Positions 1 through 12,486 of a stretch of 64,000 nt of DNA are shown here, piece after piece; positions within the stretch are counted from its first letter, which is position 1, and each line of letters starts with the position of its first letter. This DNA is from Geosiphon pyriformis uo1 (lineage: Eukaryota; Fungi; Glomeromycota): NCBI GenBank assembly GCA_016748015.1, contig JAAOMT010000703.1, positions 372,001-436,000 of the forward strand, in the 5' to 3' direction. The notes under the pieces are model-generated. The model ran no database searches. It worked only from the letters and a program-made list of their open reading frames with translations, and had not been told where the DNA came from. The position numbers and the translations under genes are program-made.

Positions 1-1815
1 TCAGATAATAATGAGAGCGATGATGAAGAAGATCAAGAAGAACAAGAAGAAACTGCTGAACTCACTTATACCATCTTCACTAGCAATAGCAAGCCACTGG
101 ACAATATTAAAGCTGACAAAGAAGGAATCATGGTAAATGGCAAGCTAATCTGCTAGCCCTATTATAATATCTTCACAAGAACCTTTGACAGAAAACCTAG
201 CAAGAAAGCCAAATATAGTTATTGGTAGCATGGTCCTTGTACATAGTGCTGGTGCAATAAACCTTTGTATTTACCAAGTGATGAATGCAAATCTTGCCTA
301 ATCTATTACAAAGATTGGAAACTAATTAGTTTGATACCTTGAAAAGAACTTAAAAAAGTACAAAAGTCCTTTGAAAATGAATCACCTGAAATCCAATCAC
401 TAGTTATAGAACAAAGAAAATTTTTCCCTGAAGAAAGAAAAGTGGACATTGAAAATCTGTTGGCTAGAAATAGCCCAGTTATCTCAAAAAAAGGTGACAC
501 TTCTGAATGAACCCATGTGATACAACACACCATCATTACCAAAGAAACTCATCCCATCCATTTGAACCCTTATCAATCCAATTGACACAATGATGAGTTT
601 ATTAAGAAAGAGATAAACCAGATGAAAGATCTTGAATTCATACAAGAAACCAAGAGTAAATGGGCTTTTCCAGTTGTAGTGGTATCCAAGAAAGGTGGAA
701 CTCTATGCTTCTGTGTTGACTACTGCCAATTAAATATCATCATTATAAAAGACATATACTTACTCTTCAAAATTGATACAATGCTAGATAAATTCAATGG
801 TGCTGCTTTTTTCTCAACCATTGACTTAACTGCTGGATTCTAGCAAGTAGAGATAGATCCAAAAAGCAAAAAGAAAACTGTTTTTATTACCAAGTATGGT
901 ATTTATGAATTCACAGTCATGCCTTTTGGTCTCATCAATGCTTTTCCCACTTTTCAATGCCTAATAGACAAAGTATTTGAATCAGTAAAAAAAAACTTTG
1001 TTTTGGTCTACTTAGATGACATAATGGTCTACTTAAAAACCTGGGATAAACACCTTAAAAATTTACAGAAGGTTTTTGACCTGTTCAGAAATGCTGGTCT
1101 TAAGATTAACCCAATCAAATCTTTCTTTGGATGCCAATTCACCCAATTTCTTGGTTATCTTGTTACAAAAGATGGAATTTTTTCTGACCCAGCTAAAGTT
1201 GAAAAAGTTCAAAACATTAGACAACCAATAAATGTTCCTGAACTATGCTCTTTTCTTGGTTTGGTCTCTTACTATCACAAATTTATCAAGGATTTCTCCA
1301 AGATTGTCTTTCTTCTCAATCAGCTACTCAAGAAAAATGTCAATTATCATTGAAATATTCATCAACAAAAAGCTTTTGAATTTCTAAAAGAAAAACTTGT
1401 TACTGAACCAATTCTCAAGCAATCTGATCTGGACCAACCTTTCATCTTCCACACTGATACATCTGGCTATGAACTTGGTGCTGTCTTTTCACAGAAAAAT
1501 GAAAATGACAGAGAACATACTATAGCATATGCCAGTAGATCTCTCACACCAGCAGAAAAGAACTATTTAGTTACTGAACAAGAATGCTTAGCAGTAGTTT
1601 GGGCTACTAACTACTGGGATCAATATTTTCTTGGTGCAAAATTCTTAGTAGTAACAGATCATCAAGTCTTGGTTTGGCTGCACAAGAAAAAGAAGCTGGA
1701 ACACAAACAAATAACTCGCTGGATACTTCACTTAAATGAATTTGACTATGATATTCAATACCGTAAAGGAGCAAATTATCAAAATGCCAACATTTTATCT
1801 AGACTTACTATCTAG
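1..1815 (+). pseudogene. Element A pol remnant: Cys-motif spacer, reverse transcriptase, RNase H
   Basis: One frame with nonsense codons: WAFPVVVV..FCVDY, FSTIDLTAGF*, MPFGLINA, VYLDD, FILHTDTS, AYASRSL..EQECLAVVWA. Ends ILSRLTI* at 1813-1815. Confidence 0.9.
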
Positions 1816-1882
1816 TAACAGTACAACCTCTTAAACCAAACCAATTTAATTATTAGTAATTTCTTCACAAACAAACACAATA

Positions 1883-3190
1883 ATAGACTTGGACAACTAC
1901 TCTGCCTTAATGGAATTTTTGGGTAAAGGACAATACCTACCAGAATACACTCGACAACAAAGAAAACATTTGTGCAAACAATCAAATTTCTATTTGATCC
2001 ACCAGAACAAATTATACAAAAAAAACAGAAAAGATTTTGACCGCCCCCAGAGAGTCATCAGATTTGAAGAAAGAGAAATTGTAATATACAACATGCATAC
2101 TGACCCATTAACTGGACACTTTGGAAAAGCAAAAACAATTCAGAAAACTTTAGCTCGCTATTATTGGCCTACCTTGGGAAAAGACATTGCTGAATACATT
2201 AAAACCTGTGACATCTGTCAAAGAAGAAGCAAACCCAATTGCAAAGAAGATATCCATCTAATCTCTGTTGGTCAACCCTTTGACAGGATTGGTATAGATG
2301 TTGTTGGACCTTTAACAATCACTCTTGATGACAACAGATATATTATCACAGCTACCAACTATCTTACAAAGTGGGTAGAAGCAAGAGCCACCCCAGACCA
2401 AACAGCAGTCTCAATAGCTAACTTCATTTATGAAGATATTATTTGCCATCATAGCTGCCCCAAAGAACTTTTATCTGATAGAGGAAGAGCTTTTTTTAGT
2501 ACACTGATTAAAGAACTTTACAGAAAAATGGGAATACATCATAAACTTTCCTTCTCTTATCACCCCTAAACAAATAGCCTAGTAAAACGTTTTAATAGAA
2601 CATTATGTAAAACCTTAGCCAAAACCAGTAAAGAAACAAACTTATAAGACAAAGTACTGCCTTCAGCTTTGTTTGCTTATAGAACTGTGAATTATGACAT
2701 AACAAGTTATGAACCTTTTTATCTGCTCTATGAATGCATGACAACACTACCAATAGAAACTGATATTGAAACAATACTCTTTAAAGAAATTACAATAGGA
2801 AATTACAAAGACATTTTGCAAATAAGACTTGGTACCATTCTTGACTCCTTGATAGAAGCATGAATAATTGTTTTTGAAAAAATAAAACAGTTCCAAGAAA
2901 AGCTTAAGAAAAAAAAAACCTATAAAACACTTTCTTTAAGTGTTGGTAACTTGGTATTGGAATATCATTCAGACAGAGACAATATTTATGGTGATAAATT
3001 CTCTAGCCAGTGGAAAAGACCCTTTATAGTCAACAAAGTTTTAAATAATGATTCTTATATTCTTCAAGATCAATCTGAAACAATCTTTAATGATTGTCCT
3101 GTTCATGGTACATGATTCAAGAAATATCATAAACGACCTGATTGGCTGCCTGTTGTGGTAATACCGACTCAAATGATTAGCAAAAATTAA
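1883..3190 (+). pseudogene. Element A integrase (separate ORF)
   Basis: HHCC (H..GHFG..YYWP..CDIC), IGIDVVGPL, LLSDRG, YHP*TN..V, and a GPF-like WKRPF motif. Different frame from RNase H. Probable ATG>ATA at 1883. Confidence 0.88.
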
Positions 3191-3237
3191 GTATAAATAA
3201 ATGCATCATTCCCAAAACAGAGGTATTTTCAATTGAC

Positions 3238-3894
3238 ATGAACAATTATTTTCTGGATCAAAACATTTAAAACATCTTCTATACTCTTTATAAGTATTGG
3301 ATCAAAAACTATCCAAATGCTACTCTGACCATTGGAAAACAAACCACCATAACTGATAACAGTAGAACACATACTGTTATTAGACCAAAGAAAACCACTA
3401 TCAGAAGAGAAAGAATTGGTAGTAAAATGGATAAATATCTGTTGGAAAGTATAACAACAGCTATACTTCTATTTTCCAACACAATTGGAAAAACACTTCA
3501 AAAAATCTTATCCATAGACAAAAACTTGTCATATGGAAGGCAATTAGAACTTTATGGTCATCTTGGTGAAATCATAGAGAATATGAAACTCATAAAGAAA
3601 ACAACTTCAGAAATACAGTCAGAAATTTTGGACATTATACAGTTAGATGTCTCAAGAGTTTTAACTATTGCTAAAAGAGCCAAAACTCTAATACAAAGAT
3701 TTGGTCTCTTGGATACAAAACTCATTTCACCTCAAGTGTTATATACCTTATCCACAAAAGACTTCAACAAACTAGTTAGTTTTGAGTTAGATAAAACCCT
3801 TCAAATAAATTACTCCATGAATAGCTTGATTTTGCCGGAGCTCAATCTCTTTGGAGAGGATAATGTTATGGTTGAAACTTATACTTCTTATTAA
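3238..3894 (+). CDS. Element A accessory ORF3, unknown function (one internal CAA>TAA)
   Basis: ATG 3238 is in frame with the 155-aa ORF at 3427. TATAAATA at 3192-3199. The frame reads through the PPT into the LTR. Confidence 0.65.
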
Positions 3895-4555
3895 TTATCA
3901 CATGTATTAGCCACTGATGTCATATAAATTAGCCACTTTATTTTTAGAAAGTAATCATTGACCTGATCATTAATCTGATCATTGATCTGACCATTGATCT
4001 GATTATTGACCACTTTTGATAGCTATATAAGTGATAAATTTTTTAGCTATAGAAAAGTATGTAAGAATTGGATGTAAGAATCAAAAGAAATAAAGAAATA
4101 AAATAACAACTTCATCTCAATCCTTCTCTTATCACTAATTTCCCTTTCCCTACTTTCAAGTATCTGAATATCTTAAAGATAAAAGATTACTTGTTGGTTA
4201 TTCTTTACCTTTTTCCTAAAACATGTAATTGCAACATTTGGAGATTATTGAATAAAATGTGACTGAAGAGCACATCTGATACTTGATATTGAATTCTAAG
4301 AGTGCTGACGTAAGGCATAAAATTATACCAAGTGTGATCATTTGTTGACAGTACAGACTATTCCTCTATTTTCAGATTCTCCAGTTACCTTTTAAAAAGT
4401 ATAGCAACTGAGATATTTTATGAGACTGATCTCACACATTGAATTCATACTTATTCAATTCGCTCTTTAAAGTTGAATTCTCTTTGATTATTTCCATTAC
4501 TCTACAATCCTGTTCTTTCTTGCTATCCGTTAGCTTGTTATTTCAACCTGTAACA
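3864..4555 (+). repeat. 3' LTR of element A
   Basis: Starts TGTTATGG right after the PPT and ends CCTGTAACA. Has a 12-bp tandem array 3957-4011, TATATAA ~4025 and AATAAA motifs. Confidence 0.75.
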
Positions 4556-7500
4556 ATACACCCAGAATTGCCATCAACATCTCATCAACAGATGTGTCCA
4601 CATCAAATGTGACATCAACTTTTAAATGCTTCCTATTTCAAAGTAAACAATGAAAAGCAGAGTTATTAGAACCATATGGTGATTACTTTGAAGAATTTAA
4701 ATTACAATCACCAACACCATTAGGATTCCAATCACTACCACCTCAACCAAATTTCAGAAACATGAGTTCTTAGAAAATAATGGAATCAGAAAAAGAGGAA
4801 GAAGAAGAATTTAAAGATCAAGAATTTACTTACTAGAACCAGATTACAGAAAACTCAGAATTTGGAACCCCGAATCTTCAAACCCAGCAAAATTCAAATT
4901 TAAAAAACCTGGAAATCAAAACTCCGAATATTCAACCACTGCCAAATCAAAACAATCAAAACTCTGATCTAATTAATTAACTGGACTTACCTCCCATTAT
5001 TATCATTAACCTACCACCAGTGAAACCGATTGGCCAGCCACTACAACAACCACACCAGCAGATTCAACAGCCACTAGTACCACTTTAACAACCACTACAA
5101 CTCAACTTAGATCCAATGGCATACACACCAATAGCCAAACTCAAAAAATTCACCAGCAAAGAGAACGACGCCCAAGTATGACTAAATAATGTGGAGAAAG
5201 CCATTGCAGCTAATGGCTGGAATAATGCCAGAGCCATGCAAGCCATCCCATACTTTTTTCAGAATACTGCTAATTTATGGTACCAAAGTCTGGTCAACAA
5301 ACCTCAAGATTTCAATGCATTCAAAATAGAGTTCTTAAGATACTTCAGCAACAATAACAGCATTAACAGGCTAGCAAACACCTTTACTACCATCAAACAA
5401 GGAGAAAATAAAGCAGTCAATACTTACTTAGAATGCTTCCACAGGAATCTGCACCAGATCCAAGCCATCGACTCCAATTATTTCACAATAGCCCAGATCC
5501 TAAATCAGTTTATTCGCAGATTATGCAGTAGTATTCTGCAATACATACATCCAATACATTCCATCGATTTGCAAGCAGCCATCACAAATGCCAGAAATTT
5601 TGAAGCTGCTGAACTCGAAGCTAATCATGTCCAAGCCATTAATCTAGTAATGAATAGATCATCTGAATTGGATTCCAAATTGAAACAATTTAGTAATTCC
5701 ATCAATCAGAAATTAGAGAGATACTTAGCTGACAATTGTGCAATTTATCAACCACTATAATGACACAATAATTCTGGAAATGCAAATCATTTCCAGAATC
5801 AGTTACATTTATCATCATTGACTAATCAACAGTGGCAACAGGAAATGCGTGTTTGTTACTATTGTGGTAAACAAGAACACCTACAAATTGATTGCCACCA
5901 TTACTTAAATAACCAATGATCAAGAAATCAATATCGAAACCCCAATTGCTGGTTTCATATTCCAAATAACCCACCAAACTCAGATCCATACCATCAAAAT
6001 TACTTACTTATGATGCAACAGCCACCTTATCAACTACCAATATATCAAATGCCAATTTATCAACTGACAACACCAGCAATTTATCAGCCACAGCCACAAC
6101 CCATTTATCAGCCACAGCTTCAGGTAATATATCAGCCCCAACAAATTCAAACACCACCACAGAACTTATCTCAAAATGAAATCCAAAGGCTGAGATTGAC
6201 CCAACAAAGCTGGAAATCATCAATGATAGCCTATCAACTGATTCTCAGTTTTACAGCACAACCATCAGGCTCTCGACAATAGAATTCGGGTACTGGGTAC
6301 ACCCAAAACCCAAATTTCCAGAACTATTTAAGTTTTCTAATCACCCCAGAAAACACCCAACCCAATAACCTGGAAACCAATCAACACCCAATACTTACCA
6401 GCAATATTCTGCCAGCTATCATTACTGAGAACAAATCACTGAATGCCATCTTCCTATTTGAACTCAAAGAACTGTCGATCATGCCGTTATTTAGTGGAGC
6501 TGCTTTGGAAGAAAAACCCATTACTGCCATGTACACTAATGCCAAAGTTGATGGCCACTCCATCAAACTGATCCTAGACAGTAGATTAGCTGGCAGCATA
6601 ATTACAAAACAACTCATGGACCAATTAGGTTACCAAGTTGATCATGATGCCAGTGCCAAGATTATAACCACTGATGGAGCAACCAAAACCCCCATTGGTG
6701 AAATCAATAACTTTCTTTTTGAAGTCAATAGCATCTTTACTCTCATCAAAGTCCTAGTGATAGAAGCAACCCAATATCAAGCATTGGTAGACAATGATTG
6801 GTTATCCAAAACTAATGTTATACTCGATTGGATCATTCAAGAATTACAATTCAGTTAAAACGGTCAATATACACATGTACCAGCCATGTGTGGCCACTTT
6901 AAGACCACCAACTCGACAACTCCACTCATCAAATTGGAAGAAGAAAAAGAGAAACCTACTTGGGAAGCTTATCAAGTGTTCCGGGCCGATAAAAATCACA
7001 ATGAACTACCACCTATACTCTTCTGGAATGACAATGGCAAAGAAAAACAGAAGGAGACTGAACTTATCTAGAATACCAACCAAACCTGGGAAATTAACAA
7101 TAACCAGGATGAACTAACTTGGGAGTGGACAGATAATAATAGTAAGGGGAAAGGAAAAGAGAAGGAAAAAGAAACAACACCTACCAACAGCATTTATAGT
7201 CCACATGCTTACACTTTACCATCACCATTTGGTTATTGCCGACCAAAACTGGTATGCATCGATTGCAACAAGAAATTGTCATCAATGGGCACATGCTGTG
7301 GCGATGACAAAGAATACTCCACTGCCACCAGATTCTACTGCCACCCATGTATCATAGAGCACTTTGGATAACTGAAACAACAAGAAAAGTGGGACAACCA
7401 ATCATGTCTTGCATGTGAAACTATCTTGTCTGACAAAGAAATGTGGAATGACATTCCTGGATGAGAAGAAACATGCGATAAGACATGTCAGTACACCATT

Positions 7501-10368
7501 TTGATAAATGACTGGGTATGCAAGGGAACACCAATTGATGATGCATGGAAAAGAGTGCTACAACAATTGGAAGGATATTCTCATGATGAACATGAACTTT
7601 GGAGAATGGCATATGCGAAAGCAGAAGGCGTGACAACCAGTGAATTACTGGAAATAAAGAACAATCCTCTATCTCTTCCTAAACCCGAATATGTTCAAAC
7701 TTTTAATGTCTTTGGCAACATTGAAAACAACCCAGAAGAATTCCATGAACATTACCAGCAATTAGTGCCTACAATAGAAGAGCAAAAACAATGCTTAAAA
7801 GAAATCAACACTTGACTATGTGACTACTGTTTGATTTCATGTGACTTCCAGTATTGTAATAAGTGTGACTTTATTTACAATCTACCACCATGCATAATCT
7901 ACATGATCCCAGAAAAAGAAGAACCAATCAACAACTATGCATCAGAATCAGAATCAACTTTCAATCCTGATTCAAACTCTGACAACAATGACAACAAAAA
8001 CAATGGTTCCAGCTCTACTCTAAATAGCAATGAAAATTATGATGATTCAAACTCCAATTCAAATTCCAAAACATTTATTGCACTTCCTGATCTCTCCAAG
8101 AAACAGGAACTTAAATGATATAGCGATAATAATGAAGGTATCATGCTAGAATGTACACATGATACTAACACAAAGTTTGATTTGAGATATCTGGGAAAAA
8201 AAGCCATCAAATTGGAACCAAATTTGCGTACATGTATTGATCTCAAAATAGCTCTGGAAATTCTAGCAACAACTATGGTTCAATTAACATCTAAGAGTAG
8301 TTTAGTGAAAAAAGGAATCAACATCAGAGGAGGAATAATTGATGCGGAATACATAGAAAATATTATCATCATGCTACAAAATGACTCAAAAAAGACCTAT
8401 ATTATAGAACCAAATGAAAAGATAGCACAGGCAATATTCTTACCTCTGATGAAAATAGCTCAGTTAGTTTCAATAGGAAAAAGGGAAGAATTAGATATAA
8501 CAGTAAAAGAGATACAGAGATTTGGATCAACAGGTAAAATAGATATACCAGTTAATATGGCAGAGGAAAAAATTGTTGACAAAGGAGAAATTATCTCAAC
8601 CCATCAAACAATTTCCATCCCACCATATGATCAATATAGGTTAGCCATAAAAAGAGAAGTAAAGAATCAAGCTTAATTGTTTAAAGCAGAAGCCACCATT
8701 TGCAAATCAGGGGAGATTGGACTCACTAATCTCTACATATCAACCAAAAGCCCCAAAAATATCAAAATTCTCATCTATAACACAACTGGAAGTGTTATCA
8801 AAATACCAAAGGGAACTATCATTGGATATTTAACCACCAAAGTTGAGAATCAACCACCAAACTACATTTCAGATTTTTTACAGCTTTGCGAATATGTAGA
8901 CATTATATCACAAACCATCTATAGAAGAAATAAATGTTATCTGCTCCAACCAGAACAATTGGAACAGATAAACATGGAGAATCTAGATCCACTTCAACAG
9001 ATGCAACTTAAGATGTTACTCAACAATTTCAATGACATTTTTGCCAGCAAAAATGAATTTGGCTGAACCAACATCATCCAGCATTAGATCAAGACTAGAA
9101 ATACAATGCCAATTAAACAAAGAACATACAAAGTACCACCAGCTAGCCATAAGATCATTCATCAAGAAATTAACTAAATGCTTGACAATAGACTAATTCA
9201 GCCATCAATGAGTCTATGGTCATCACCAGTGGTACTGGTCCATAAGAAAAATGGGAAAATCCGTTTTTGTGTAGACTACTGGAAACTGAATAGAGTAACA
9301 AAAGATAATAGCTATCCAACTCTAAAGATCCAAGAACTATTCGATGCTTTTGGAGGAAATAAATGGTTCTCAACACTAGATTTAGATAGTGGTTACTGAC
9401 AAGTAGCCATGAATCCAGCTGACAAAGAAAAAACAGTGTTCACCACAAGAGAAAAAAATTTTGAGTTTGAAGTCATGCCATTTGGCTTGATGAATGCTCC
9501 AGCAATATTCCAACAGCTCATGGAAATTGTCTATATTAGATTACTATGGAAATCAGTAGTTATATACTTGAATGACACCAATGTGTTTTCAAAAACATTT
9601 GATGATCATTTGCATCATCTCCAACAAATGTTTAAAAGGTTGAAAAGAATAGGATTGAAACTAAACACAACCAAATGTTTCTTTGGAAAAACTGAACTCA
9701 AGTTTTTGGGACATGTAGTGAGCAAAGATGGAATCAAAACAGATCTAGACAAGATTGAAGTAGTTAAGAACTTTCCAGTACCAACCAACTTGACAGAACT
9801 AAGAGTATTTTTAGGTTTTGCAGGCTATTATTGCCATTTTATTAAAGACTTTTCAAAACTGGCTCAGCCATTTCACTATCTACAGACCAAGAATGTGAAG
9901 TATAAATGGACCAAAGCTCAACAAGAAGTGTTTGACACATTAAGAAGAAAGCTTATCCAAGCTCCAGTATTAATGTATCCAGATTACAGCAAATCATTCA
10001 TAATTACTACTGATGCATCAGGTTAAGCATTGGGAGCAGTACTATCACAGAAAGGATCAAATAGAAGAAAACATTCAGTAGCTTATGCCAGTAGAAGCTT
10101 AAATTCAGCTGAGAAGAACTATAGAACTCTAGCACTAGAACACTTAGCTATCTATTGGGCTGTTATCAAATGGAAGGAATACTTGAGTTAAAAGTTTGAA
10201 GTGTACACTAATCACAAAGAATTGACTTCAATCCAGAAACAAGAATTTGCAAACAATCACCATGCTAGATAGAAAATAGAACTTTCACCATTTAATTATA
10301 CAGTACATTATAAAAAGGGAAAAGACAATAGAAATGCCAATGGACTGTCATGAATGAAACAAATCTAA
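4556..10368 (+). pseudogene. Element B Gag-PR-Cys-rich-dUTPase-RT-RNaseH polyprotein, single frame, many stops
   Basis: ORF fragments at 5191, 6010, 6481, 7501, 7831, 8143, 8677, 9178 and 9409 are all in frame 1. Gag CA-like region, zinc knuckle CYYCGKQEHLQIDC 5854-5895, protease ILDS, RT YLND, RNase H TDASG. Confidence 0.92.
8143..8550 (+). pseudogene. dUTPase domain in element B pol (also C ~14803-15210, E ~37337-37740, D ~20405-20800 minus)
   Basis: Five trimeric-dUTPase motifs recognisable across copies: (D)TGFDL, ASRSS, GGIIDAGY, KIAQ, GFGSTG. Confidence 0.88.
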
Positions 10369-10398
10369 AAACATTTCAACCCAAAAATATAACAAAAC

Positions 10399-11775
10399 AT
10401 GAATATACAAAAATACCAACAACTTTAACATTATATAGATACCCAATTGTTCAAAGAGAAATTATCTCAAAAAGAACAAAACAATATAAAACAGCAGTCA
10501 AAACATTTTATCAATTACCAAAACATACTTTACTGAAAAAACAGAAGAAATCTAGATCAACCAACCAGAGTAATTACAGAACCAGAGAAAGAGACAATAT
10601 TGTTCAACATGCATTCAGATCCAACAGCAAGATATTTTCATAAAGAAGCAACAATAGAAAGAACCAAAAAAAGATACTATTGGCTATTAATGTATCCAAA
10701 CATTATCTAATATGTTCAAAATTGTGATGTTTGTTAAAAAAGAAAAAGAACAAAACCAAGTGAACCATTAAGACCAATCAAAGTGGGACAACTATTTGAT
10801 TGCATTGGAATTAACTTAATCGAACTATTAACAATAACCAGCAGAGGCAACAGATATATTGTAGTAGCCATGGATTATTTTACAAAATGGCCAGAAGCAA
10901 AAGCCATTTAAAGAGCAGATGCAAAATCCATTGCCAAATTTGTTTATCAAGATTTAATCTGCCAATACAGATGTCTAAAAGAACTATTATCAGATCAAGG
11001 AACTCACTGTGTGAATAGAACATTGGCAGAATTAAGTCAAAGATTTGGGATAAGAAGACCATTATTATTACCATATCATCCACAAACCAATAGACTAGTT
11101 GAAAGATTCAATAGAACATTGTGTGAAGCAATCACCAAAATCAGTCAAGAAAACCAAGACAAATGAGACTTGATTATATTATCAGTATTATTTGCTTATC
11201 GAACAATAAAACAAGACACTACATAAGCAACACTATTTGAATTAGTATACAATAGAACAGCAACATTATCAGTTGAGATAGAAGTTAAGACATATTCAAC
11301 AGAACTAATAACAAAAAAGAATTTTCAAAGAACATTGTTAAAAAGAACATATGACTTAATGAAGACACTAGAAAACACATGGTAAAAAGCAGCTGATAAC
11401 ATTTAAAAGTCACAAAAAAAACAAAAAAGATAACATGATAACCAATTACTAGATAAACCAGTTGAATTCAAGATTGGAGACAAAGTACTTCTATATCATA
11501 CCAAAGCAGAAAAACAATGGAGTAAAAAATTCGACCCCAAATGGGACAGACTATTTCACATAGAAGAAATTCTTGGAAATGGAGCTTATAAATTAAAATG
11601 AGACAATAAAATCTTAGCCAAAGCAGCACATAGTAATTGACTAAAACCATATCACCAAATAGCATCATCATTTACCAATAACATTCCACAACTGGGAGTA
11701 CAACAAATACTAGTTCAACCAAATGAAATTTCATAAAATCTGGAACCAATTATAATTATTGGACTAAACACATAA
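10399..11775 (+). pseudogene. Element B integrase (separate ORF with own ATG)
   Basis: ATG 10399 (MNIQKYQQL..), HHCC, DDE core, GPF-type C-terminus, no chromodomain. Confidence 0.88.
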
Positions 11776-11835
11776 AATCAAACAATAAAAGAGTATATAA
11801 AGAGACAGTATATGTAACAAAAACAACCAAGAAAA

Positions 11836-12471
11836 ATGGAAATACCAGATCATATTCACATTATAGCTTAACAATTATTCCAGACCTTAAGTCAACAATC
11901 TTTAGACATAAAAGTTATTGTTAACAACCAAACAATTTGCTATCAAAATACCAAAAAAAAGACAAAGAATACATCATATCAGCAGTTACCAAAGAATGAT
12001 AAAAACTGGTTAGATAACATAATAGAAAAAGTAAAGAACACTTTTGGGAAAATACCTATTATGGCACCAACAGAAAAACTTACAAAAAAAAATTGGAAGC
12101 AATGGACAGAACAACTTCCAATATTATACTGTTACTACCAGTTGGTTTGAAAGTTGAATATTCAGGAGTTGTATATCAACAAATCCAAGAGAATATTTAA
12201 CCAAAACATAATATGGCAAATTGAAAAATTTATTGGAAAGAAAACAAACTCAACACTACATGTAAGAACAATTTACTGACTGCATAACATATTTCAGAAC
12301 TATCCAGAAATACTGTTACACTCTGACATGGAAACCATAACCATTAACCAATATAAAAGAATGAATAATGTACAAGTAAAAAAAGTAAAAAATAAAGTTG
12401 AACAGACACTACTAGAAAAAAAAGTATTAGAGCTAATTCAGAATGAAAATTTTGACAAAGCTCAATATTAA
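11836..12471 (+). pseudogene. Element B accessory ORF3 (~211 aa)
   Basis: MEIPDHIH..FDKAQY* in one frame with a few stops. Homologous to ORF3 of C and E. TATATAA at 11794-11800. Confidence 0.75.
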
Positions 12472-12486
12472 AAAAGGAGGAGATAA

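Larger units (their letters stand above)
1..4555 (+). mobile_element. Ty3/Gypsy LTR retrotransposon A (3' part; distinct family), inserted into the gag 5' region of element B
   Basis: RT (MPFGL, YLDD), RNase H, integrase, ORF3, PPT (ggagagga) and LTR TGTTA..TAACA. Sequence after 4555 resumes as B gag, homologous to E ~33762. Confidence 0.9.

Noticed and set aside
4231-4250. LTR A ending at 4236 followed by a TGG PBS (tandem element)
   Set aside because: CCTGTAACA at 4555 matches the family terminus and is followed directly by interrupted B gag.
4262-4315. Hammerhead ribozyme candidates (CTGAAGA.. in LTR A; CTGATAC..GAAAC in LTR E)
   Set aside because: The CUGANGA / GAAA / UH core is incomplete in both.
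11460-11775. Chromodomain at the integrase C-terminus
   Set aside because: IN ends shortly after the GPF-type module, with no YLVKW-like motif.
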